A stretch of DNA of 64,000 nt, from assembly GCA_964016885.1 (NCBI GenBank), contig OZ024759.1, positions 26,846,001-26,910,000 of the forward strand. Reading direction: 5' to 3'. Within the stretch, counting starts at the first letter, position 1. Every line of letters starts with the position of its first letter. The position numbers were made by a program, and so were the translations under genes. Below, piece after piece: positions 13,801-23,081 of the stretch. Below the pieces are notes generated by a model that saw nothing but the letters and a program-made list of their open reading frames with translations, was not told the origin of the DNA and ran no database searches. The DNA is from Eledone cirrhosa. Its lineage: Eukaryota.

Positions 13801-14799
13801 AACATTACATGACAGAATTATTAGCCACAGGGGCAGAGATGTCCATAACATTACATGACAGAATTATTAGCCACAGGGGCAGAGATGTCCATAACATTAC
13901 ATGACAATTATTAGCCCCAGGGGCAGATATGTCCATGACAGAGTTTCATCTCTCGCTCTCTCTCTTCCTCTCTCTCGTTTCATCTCGCTCTCTCTCTCGT
14001 TTCATCTCGCTCTCTCTCTCGTTTCATCTCGCTCTCTCTCTCTCTCTTTTCACCTCTGTCTTCTTCTCTCTCGTTTCATCTCTCTCTTCCTCTCTCTCGT
14101 TCTATCTCTCTCTTCCTCTCTCTCGTTTCATCTCTCTCTCTCGTTTCATCTCTATATCCCTCGTTTCATCTGTCTCTCTCTCTGTCGTTTCATTTCCCTC
14201 TATCTCTCTCTCGCTCTCTCGTTTCATCTCTCTCTCCCTCTCGTTTCATCTCGCTCTCTCTCTCCTGTTTCATCTCGCTCTCTCTCTCCTGTTTCATCTC
14301 GCTCTCTACTCACGTTTCCTCTCTCTCGTTTCCTCTCTTTCTCGTTTCATCTCTCTCTCGTTTCATCTCTCTATGTCTCATTTCATCTCGCTCTCTCTCT
14401 CTCTCATTTCATCTCGTTCTCTCTCTTTCTCATTTCATCTCGCTCTCACTCTCTCGTTTCATCTCGCTCTCTCACTCTCGTTTCATCTCGCACTCTCTCT
14501 CTCGTTTCATCTCTCTCTCTCTCTCTCTCTCATTTCATCTCGCTCTCTGTCTCGTGTCATCTCGCTCTCTCTGTCTCTCGTTTCATCTCGCTCTCACTCT
14601 CTCGTTTCATCTCACTCTAACTCTCTCATTTCATCTCGCTCTCCCTGTCTCGTTTCATCTCGCTCCCACTCTCTCATTTCATCTCACTCTCTTTCTCTCA
14701 TTTCATCTCGCTCTCTCGCTCTTGTTTCAACACTCTAATCCCTCACTTGTTTCATCTCTCTCTAATCCCTCACTTGTTTCATCTCTCTCTTGTTTCAAT

Positions 14800-14860
<61 letters not shown>

Positions 14861-15205
14861 ATCCCCTCTCTCTTTCTCTCCCCTCTCTCTGTTGTTTCAT
14901 CCCTCACCCTCTTGTTTCATCCCCTTCTCTCCCTCTCTCTCTCTTCCCCTCTATCTCTATTCCTCTCTCTCATCCCCTCTCTCTCTCTTCCTCTCTCTCT
15001 CTCTCCCCTCACCCTCTTGTTTCAACTCTCTCCTCGTTTCAACTCTCTCCTCGTTTCAACTCTCTCCTCGTTTCAACTCTCTCCTCGTTTCAACTCTCTC
15101 TCTCTCCTCTCGTTTCAACTCTCTCTCTCTCCTCGTGTTTCAACCATCTCCTCTCTTGTTTCAACTCTCTCACCTCTCGTTTCAACTCTCTCTCTCTGTG
15201 TCTCC
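7805..15205 (-). repeat. Higher-order satellite, right arm (reverse orientation), 4 CT-rich blocks
   Basis: Reverse-complement monomer aattattagccacaggggcagagatgtccataacattacatgacag. CT blocks at about 8310-9133, 9499-11125, 11491-13401 and 13940-15205. Confidence 0.97.
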
Positions 15206-15394
15206 AATGTGTATACCGATATATATACCGAAGAATGTACATAAACACACATGCATACACGCATGTGTATATATATATACATACATGTGTCTCTCTCTCT
15301 CCCTATATATATGTACATATGTGTAAATATGTACATACATATTAGTGTATATATATTGCTATCTATATTCATATTTGTATTAATTATACTGTAT

Positions 15395-15567
15395 GGTGAA
15401 TTGGCAGTATCGGTAGAGGGTCTGACGCCATGCTTTCCAGCATAGTTACGTCCCTTTACGATCCGAGGTCAACTTTGCCTTTCATCCTTACGGGGTCGAT
15501 AAAATAAAGTACCAGTAATGTACTGGTTAATTACTGACCTTGTGCCTAAAATAGAAACAATTATTAG
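15395..15567 (+). mobile_element. tRNA-derived SINE, internally shortened (copy at 49779-49951)
   Basis: A-box-like tggcagtatcgg, then the core gtcaactttgcctttcatccttacggggtcgataaaataaagtaccagt, which resembles the Nin-domain/cephalopod SINE core; AT-rich tail. Homologous to 16232-16406. Confidence 0.8.
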
Positions 15568-16123
15568 TTCAAAGAGAAACCACCATCATAGAGAAACCAC
15601 CGTCCTACCTGAAATATTATGTTATCATATTAAATATTTCTTATACTGTCATGTTTTTTCTTTAAAACGATTGCATTTCAATAAAGTGAAGAAAACTATT
15701 ATATACTGTTGTTATATCATTATACTTTAGTTTTAACTTATTATTTCTATGTGTATAAATATAATGTATGTAAGTGTGTTTGAAAATATATAATAATAAT
15801 ATGCATGTTTGAAGCAGGGTTCAACTGAAATATCTACACCGGTAACTTAATTAGTGTTACACCTTAGGCATAAACTATTTGGCATTCTTTGAAGGAGGTA
15901 CTAGGTTTTTCACTGTCTTAAATGGAGTATACACGCGCACACAATGCATATATATAAATTGTTTTTCTCTGTACAAAGAGATTGACATCATTTCTTAAAT
16001 CATTATTTAGGGTTTTACAACAAAACATATTGTATGTGTAATTATACAAATTGAATTTAAGTATTTATTTTAAAATTTTACATACACTTTAGTAGTATAT
16101 ATATATATATATATATTCATTTG

Positions 16124-17014
16124 TGATGCCATGCATTGTATTGTACACTTCGACATATGAATTACGTTCATGCAACACTTCTCTTATCATAGCCATTTTT
16201 TGTGGTGAGCAGTCATTATTTGTTGGTACTAGGGCAGTGGATTGGCAGTATCGGTAGAGCGCCAGACACCATGCTTTACAGCATAGGGTTATGGCCATTT
16301 ACGTTCTGGGTTCAAATCCCTCCAAGGTTGACTTGGTTTTCATCCTTATGAGGTCGATAGAATAAAGTACCAGTAATTGCTGGCCTTGTGCCAGAAACAA
16401 TTATTTGGTTGTACTTCCAATCTGTGCTACACACCTTCGTTCCCATCAATAATATATAACTGGCCATATTGTGGTGTATTTTCTGCAGGTTACAGAGATG
16501 GGGGTGTAGTGATATGTTTGACCCTGAATATGAAAGCTATACGGGCCTCTGCCGGGTGGTAACACCAAATGAAGTGAAATAAATGTAGTTTTAATTGCAG
16601 ATGTTTCTGTGAAATCAACTGCTTCCTGGCCTCTTTCAAAGAGATTTCTCAGTCTCTCAGGGTATATTTGCAATGGTGGCAACACAACCTTTCCTTTATT
16701 ACAACAGTTACAATTTTCATTTCTAAATTTCAAAGCTCCACAGTGATCACACGAAACATTCATATCACTAATATGAAATTCTTCTACATTTCCATTAATA
16801 TTAATTGTTGGCCAATTTCTCTTACAACGCTCATTATCCATTCTTCTCTGTCTGAATGTTTTCCATTCTGTTGTTTATTATGTAATTAAATAGCTCTGTA
16901 CAATACATAGAGCATTCTTCTTTTCTTTACCTTTTCTATGGAAATACAAGAACAAACATGTAAATATATATATATATGTATATACATAAACAAGACTGTT
17001 ATTGCTCCAACCAG
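16124..17014 (-). pseudogene. Helitron Rep/helicase N-terminal fragment plus upstream flank, extra copy 1 (copy at 50510-51400)
   Basis: CDHCGALKFRNENCNCCNKGKVVLPPL..P..LRNLF, GRGPYSFHIQGQTYH and VLHERNSYVEVY match Helitron N-terminal motifs (CxHCxALxF..CCxxGKVxLP, GPYxFRIxGQxYH, NPY). Near-identical to 27972-28936. Confidence 0.88.
16232..16406 (+). mobile_element. tRNA-derived SINE inserted in the Helitron fragment (copy at 50618-50792)
   Basis: A-box tggcagtatcgg, B-box ggttcaaatccc, core ttcatccttatgaggtcgatagaataaagtaccagt. Flanked by an imperfect 16-bp direct repeat, attatttgttggtact (16215) and attatttggttgtact (16400). Confidence 0.85.
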
Positions 17015-17184
17015 TCTATTTACCTTTGATAACTATCCTAAATATAAATACACCTATACCATACATACATATATCATATATGTTTTTGATGCCGTGGTAT
17101 AGCAGAGATAAGCAAGAAGAGAAAAGAAAATGAAAAGGAGAAAAAAAAAGAAGTAAGAAGTCGGGGGAGGGACAGACACTTCAC

Positions 17185-17410
17185 CCCAGTCTAAGTGGTC
17201 CCTCAGCCGCAACCTGTGGAAGAAACTTAAAAGCGTTACCTCGGAGCAAGGCCAGAGACACCTGCTACAATAGTCGCCCCTCCTCATGAGGCTCCTGTCA
17301 TCTTTCCTCCCGACTTTATGGAGGAAATCAGCAGTACAGGGACCAAGTATGGCAGAGGTCTCAATGGAGTGGAAGAGGTGAGTCAGGCCTTGGTACTATC
17401 TTACAATCCT
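17185..17410 (-). mobile_element. CRE-like non-LTR retrotransposon 3' fragment, restriction-like endonuclease C-terminus (copies at ~19600-19720 deleted, 51571-51796, 54550-54775)
   Basis: My translation of the minus strand gives YQGLTHLFHSIETSAILGPCTADFLHKVGRK, a frameshift, then EPHEEGRLL*QVSLALLRGNA. This matches the CRE-clade ETxG..GP....FL...REx.WL.QR.SLA..RGNA terminus. Confidence 0.72.
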
Positions 17411-17529
17411 CTGCATTGCGGGGTGTGGAGCCTAGGTTTGTGGCTGTAGCTATATTTGAACTTTTATATGAAATTTCAGTTTTATATTTTTCACATCATA
17501 AAACTTAATCTTAGTCTTTTGCAGCTCAT

Positions 17530-17569
17530 CTTGTTTCATCTCGCAGCACACGATTTGGGAACCACTGCT
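17530..17569 (-). mobile_element. hAT-like terminal inverted repeat remnant (also ~19838-19877, 51916-51955, 54895-54934)
   Basis: The minus strand reads cagtggttcccaaa, a typical hAT/Charlie-type terminus. No partner end was identified. Confidence 0.45.
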
Positions 17570-17899
17570 CTAGAGATAGAAAAAGTATATTTTATGCAGG
17601 GCTTCCCTGAGACATAAAAACTATTTCAAGAGATCGACATGGGTAGAAAGGTTGAGAAATGCTGCACAATGTTCTTTGGTTTTTGTTCACCTTTAAATAA
17701 TCATGTATAAAATATCGGGTGTGCAAGATTTCATGAAAAGGTATAACATTTTTTATGCTGGTCTTGCAGGGACTAGCTCCAATTGAGAGTTGTACCAATT
17801 CCCACTAAACTCGAAACTCCTGGACAATATATACATATCTTTATAAGTTCCTGTGTATTGTGTCGCTGTATAATGAAACATAAATATATACCATGCATG

Positions 17900-18147
17900 T
17901 CAGTCAGATTTGAACTCACTATATTTGGCGTTTTATAGACATAATTTGTTTGTTAAAACAATTGATTAAATAATAACTAAATAAAATTAATTCTACAATC
18001 CTGGATAGGGACTGAACTTATAACTTCATAATAGAAGCCATCTATTCGAGCAGTATTGCCATCTAAGCCACCAGGTTACTTACAGAACTTCATTCAAATA
18101 TAAAATATAAAATATATGCCAGACATAGTGAGTTCGAATCTGACTGA
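17900..18147. mobile_element. ~250-bp fold-back/MITE-like element with 30-bp inverted ends (also 20208-20455, 52286-52533, 55265-55512)
   Basis: tcagtcagatttgaactcactatatttggc (17900-17929) pairs with gccagacatagtgagttcgaatctgactga (18118-18147), 27/30 complementary. Confidence 0.65.
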
Positions 18148-18266
18148 TTAGTTGGTCATTGTCCCAGCCAACAGTTTAAATCGCCAACCAGTAGGTGACA
18201 TCGACTAGGTTGGGAAAACTTGGTTAAGTAGCTCCAGTTATTGCTACGTTAGACATATTCAAGACT

Positions 18267-18373
18267 TATCGACACCGAATGGAAGAAAGGTAAAGTTGAA
18301 CTCAGAGTAAAGAACTGGAAAAATACTGCAAAGAATTCTATCTGATGTTCTAACAATTCTACCAAATTACCTT
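18267..18373 (-). mobile_element. Old degenerate SINE of the same family, reverse strand (also ~20575-20681 and both unit-2 copies)
   Basis: ttatcgacaccgaatggaagaaaggtaaagttgaactc is a decayed reverse complement of the SINE core at 15466-15502. Confidence 0.6.
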
Positions 18374-18454
18374 ATGTATATATATTTATATCTAGAGATA
18401 AGAAGAAAACTGAAAGAAAGAAAAGAAAAAAAATGAGACCTTATATGTAACCCA

Positions 18455-18986
18455 TGTTACAACTCAATATATATATATTTGGGTTGTAACATATTCCCGC
18501 CGGTGAAGTAAAAATTTTAATAGAAAAACGGCGGGAATATATGTTACAACCCAATCTATATATATTTGAGTTGTAACATATATTCCCGCCGTTGAAATAA
18601 AAATGTTAATAGAAAAACGGCGGGAATATATGTTACAATCCAATCTACATATATTTGGGTTGTAACATATATTCCCGCCGTTGAAATAAAAATTTTAATA
18701 GAAAAACGGCGGGAATATATGTTACAACCCAAATATATGTAGATTGGGTTGTAACATATATTCCCGCCGTTTTTCTATTAAAATGTTTATTTCAACGGCG
18801 GGAATATATGTTACAACCCAAATATATATAGTTTCGTTGTAACATATATTCCCGCCGTTTTTCTATTAAAATTTTTATTTCAACGGCGGGAATATATGTT
18901 ACAACCCAAATATATATAGATTGGGTTGTAACATATATTCCCGCCGTTTTTCTATTAAAATTTTTATTTCAACGGCGGGAATATAT
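18455..18986. repeat. 89-bp double-hairpin satellite, ~6 units, inverted in the middle
   Basis: tgttacaa at 18542, 18631 and 18720 (period 89). The motif aacggcgggaatatatgttacaaccca alternates with its reverse complement; 3 forward loops then 3 reverse loops. Confidence 0.95.
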
Positions 18987-19007
18987 ACCCTGAGAGACTG
19001 AGAAATC

Positions 19008-19363
19008 TCTTTCAAAGAGATTTCTCAGTCTCTCAGGGTATATTTGCCATGGTGGCAACACAACCTTTCCTTTAGTACAACAGTTACAATTTTCATTTCT
19101 AAATTTCAAAGCTCCACAGTGATCACACGAAACATTCATATCACTAATATGAAATTCTTCTACATTTCCATTAATATTAATTGTTGGCCAATTTCTCTTA
19201 CGACGCTCATTATCCATTCTTCTCAGTCTGAATGTTTTCCATTCTAAGTCTATTTGCATGGAATAATTATATTCTGTTGTTTATTATGTAATTAAATAGC
19301 TCTGTACAATACATAGAGCATTCTTCTTTTCTTTACCTTTTCTATGGAAATACAAGAACAAAC

Positions 19364-19395
<32 letters not shown>

Positions 19396-20761
19396 ATATA
19401 CATAAACAAGACTGTTATTGCTCCAACCAGTCTATTTACCTTTGATAACTATCCTAAATATAAATACACCTATACCATACATACATATATCATATATGTT
19501 TTTGATGCCGTGGTATAGCAGAGATAAGCAAGAAGAGAAAAGATAATGAAAATGAGAAAAAAAAAGAAGTAAGAAGTCGGGGGAGGGACAGACACTTCAC
19601 TCCTGTCGTCTTTCCTGCCGACTTTATGGAGGAAATCAGCAGTACAGGGACCAAGTATGGCAGAGGTCTCAATGGAGTGGAAGAGGTGAGTCAGGCCTTG
19701 GTACTATCTTACTATCCTTTGCATTGCGGGGTGTGGAGCCTAGGTTTGTGGCTGTAGCTATATTTGAATTTTTATATGAAATTTCAGTTTTATATTTTTC
19801 ACATCTTAAAACTTAATCTTAGTCTTTTGCAGCTCATCTTGTTTCATCTCGCAGCACACGATTTGGGAACCACTGCTCTAGAGTTAGAAAAAGTATATTT
19901 TATGCAGGGCTTCCCTGAGACATAAAAACTATTTCAAGAGATCGACATGGGTAGAAAGGTTGAGAAATGCTGCACAATGTTCTTTGGTTTTTGTTCACCT
20001 TTAAATAATCATGTATAAAATATCGGGTGTGCAAGATTTCATGAAAAGGTATAACATTATTTATGCTGATCTTGCAGGAACTAGCTCCAATTGAGAGTTG
20101 TACCAATTCCCACTAAACTCGAAACTCCTGGACAATATATACATATCTTTATAAGTTCCTGTGTATTGTGTCGTTGTATAATGAAACATAAATATATACC
20201 ATGCATGTCAGTCAGATTTGAACTCACTATATTTGGCGTTTTATAGATATAATTTGTTTGTTAAAACAATTGATTAAATAATAACTAAATAAAATTAATT
20301 CTACAATCCTGGATAGGGAATGAACTTATAACTTCATAATAGAAGCCATCTATTCGAGCAGTATTGCCATCTAAGCCACCAGGTTACTTACAGAACTTCA
20401 TTCAAATATAAAATATAAAATATATGCCAGACATAGTGAGTTCGAATCTGACTGATTAGTTGGTCATTGTCCCAGCCAACAGTTTAAATCGCCAACCAGT
20501 AGGTGACATCGACTAGGTTGGGAAAACTTGGTTAAGTAGCTCCAATTATTGCTACGTTAGACATATTCAAGACTTATCGACACCGAATGGAAGAAAGGTA
20601 AAGTTGAACTCAGAGTAAAGAACTGGAAAAATACTGCAAAGAATTCTATCTGATGTTCTAACAATTCTACCAAATTACCTTATGTATATATATTTATATC
20701 TAGAGATAAGAAGAAAACTGAAAGAAAGAAAAAAAAAATGAGACCTTATATGTAACCCATG
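19008..20761 (+). repeat. Direct segmental duplicate of 16631-18455, including extra copy 2 of the Helitron N-terminal fragment (copy at ~53927-55813)
   Basis: Matching ORFs 17592/19900 (offset 2308) and 16668/19044. Homology ends at cttatatgtaacccatg. Confidence 0.93.
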
Positions 20762-21602
20762 ACCGGGATTGAAACCGAAACCAGGACTACCACCATCTCT
20801 GGTATCACCCACCAGACCACCATGAAAGATACAAAAATCTGCTTTTTTAATATTTATAAGCCTACTTTCAATATTAAAGTAATTAACATGTGGTGTTGTT
20901 CATGCCTTTCTCTATGTTATTGATAAAAAATAAAGTATTTAAACCTCAAATTTTGTTATTCAAATATGCTTGCTTATGTAATTATAAATGTCGCAGAATA
21001 CACACACATATATAGATGTGAAAATATTCAGGACCCCAACGGCTGTGCTACTGCCGTTTCGACATCTATATATATATCTTTTAGTCCTAGGCTCTTTCAG
21101 CGCAGAAAGAATTCTCCAATGATCACAATCAGCTAATGGTGCCCAGTGGAAGCACTTTAGTCTAATTATAACCCCAACGATCACGATTAGCGGCGGCTTT
21201 TTCGAGTCTGAGGTTGACTGCCAGATATATATATATATATTTTTATACTTTGCTAGAATCCCGGAGAACAACAGAAAGATGCTGAGTTCAGAGTTTAAAA
21301 AACATGTCCCCTTTAATATAAAAACAATCCGAGTCTTGTAAAAGTGTTATTACTGTAATATAAAGTAGAAACCCTTTATTTAAACAAAGCTGCGATGCAG
21401 CGATCATCAAAGCAAACCCCAAAATGTAAACAAACTTCTCGCAGGTGCTGGCAGATACACGATAACATGTGTATACGAAGTGTAACAGGGAGTTGGGTCG
21501 TATTATATGACTTTCAAATTGACCCCTATTATATTCAAATTATCCCCTGTGGGGCGTGCACCCCACGTTGAGAATCCCTCATAAATAAATATATGTGAGT
21601 GT

Positions 21603-21851
21603 GTTGCTATGACTGCTATTTCTAGCAGGTTTACTGCAGTCCTGTAGACGCACAACAAAAACCGGAAGTGGCAGCCATTAAAAAACTTTGGCTTAAAATC
21701 AGCCAAAAGATTTTCAATAATAGTAAAATTTTATTTTTGACAAGGACGATAACTTTTGTCTTACTTAATCGCAAAAATCGAGGCAAAAATTTTGAGGGTG
21801 TGCAGTTTACACGCTAAAAATAAACCTGCTAGAAATAGCAGTCATAGCAAC
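21603..21851. mobile_element. MITE-like element with perfect 31-bp terminal inverted repeats (inverted copy ~22478-22724, related copy from 23287)
   Basis: gttgctatgactgctatttctagcaggttta (21603-21633) is the exact reverse complement of taaacctgctagaaatagcagtcatagcaac (21821-21851). Embedded in TA/CA microsatellite. Confidence 0.75.
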
Positions 21852-21964
21852 TCACTTACATATATTTATATATCATATATATATATATATGATATATATA
21901 TGGACACTTTAGAAATAGCAGCGAATAACAGAAAGGACACACACACACACACATATATATATAT

Positions 21965-22019
<55 letters not shown>

Positions 22020-22747
22020 TATATATATATGCCCCAGCATACACACACACACACACATATATATACATATATATATGCCCCAGCATGGTCTTGGACGATC
22101 GTCTAACTAAGGCCAATAATAAAATACTTCAAAATAAATTAAACACTACTAAATCCGGGGTTACAACTTGGATTACTTAAAAGTCAGTAAAGCTGTAAAG
22201 ATTCTATATTGTAAATAGGTGGTCGCATGTTCGAATCCGGGCAAATCCCGAGAAAAATAACAAAAAGAAGGACAATGTAAAAATAGCAGCCATAGACGAG
22301 AGGAGGACACACACACAAACACACACACATGTATATATATATATATGTGTGTCTGTGTATGTGTTTGGCTGCTATATATATATATAGCGGTCAACACACA
22401 CACACGTACATATATAAGTGTGTGTGTTTGGCTGATATATATATATATATATATATATGATATATAAATATATGTGAGTTGCTATGACTGCTATTTCTAG
22501 CAGGTTTATTTTAGCGTGTAAACTGCACACCCGCAAAATTTTTGCCTCGATTTTTGCGATTAAGTAAGACAAAAGTTATCGTCCTTGTCAAAAATAAAAT
22601 TTTACTATTATTGAAAATCTTTTGGCTGATTTTAAGCCAAAGTTTTTTAATGGCTGCCACTTCCGGTTTTTGTTGTGCGTCTACAGGACAGCCATAAACC
22701 TACTAGAAATAGCAGTCATAACAACACACTTATGTATATTTATATAT

Positions 22748-23081
22748 CAGGGATTCTCAACGAAGGGTACACGCCCCACAGGGGGCAATTTGAATTTAAT
22801 AGGGGCCAATTAGAAAGTGATATAATACGACCAAACTTCCAGTTACACTTTGTTCACATGTTATCCTGTATCTGGCAGCAGCTACGAGAAGTTTGTTTAT
22901 ATTTTGAAGTTTGTTTTGATCATCGCGGCATCGTAGCTTTGTTTAATTAAAGCATTTCTACTTTATATTACAGTAGTAACACTTTTACAAGACTCGGTTT
23001 ATTTCTATATTAAAAGGGAACATAAACCTAATTTTTAAACGTTGAGGTGGGGCATGGAGCAAAAAAGGTTTGGAACTACTG
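22748..23081 (+). mobile_element. hAT-type MITE (~334 bp); inverted or partial copies at ~21295-21580, 23108-23264 and 23894-23944
   Basis: Ends cagggattctcaac and gtttggaactactg resemble CAGTGGTTCTCAAC-type hAT TIRs. Non-coding. Confidence 0.6.

Noticed and set aside
1-14000. CRISPR-like alternation of a conserved repeat with variable intervening blocks
   Set aside because: The 46-mers are directly tandem, the intervening blocks are homologous low-complexity sequence rather than unique spacers, there are no cas genes, and the context is eukaryotic.
16232-16325. tRNA gene
   Set aside because: A and B boxes are present, but there is no cloverleaf and the sequence continues into the SINE core, so it is a SINE head.
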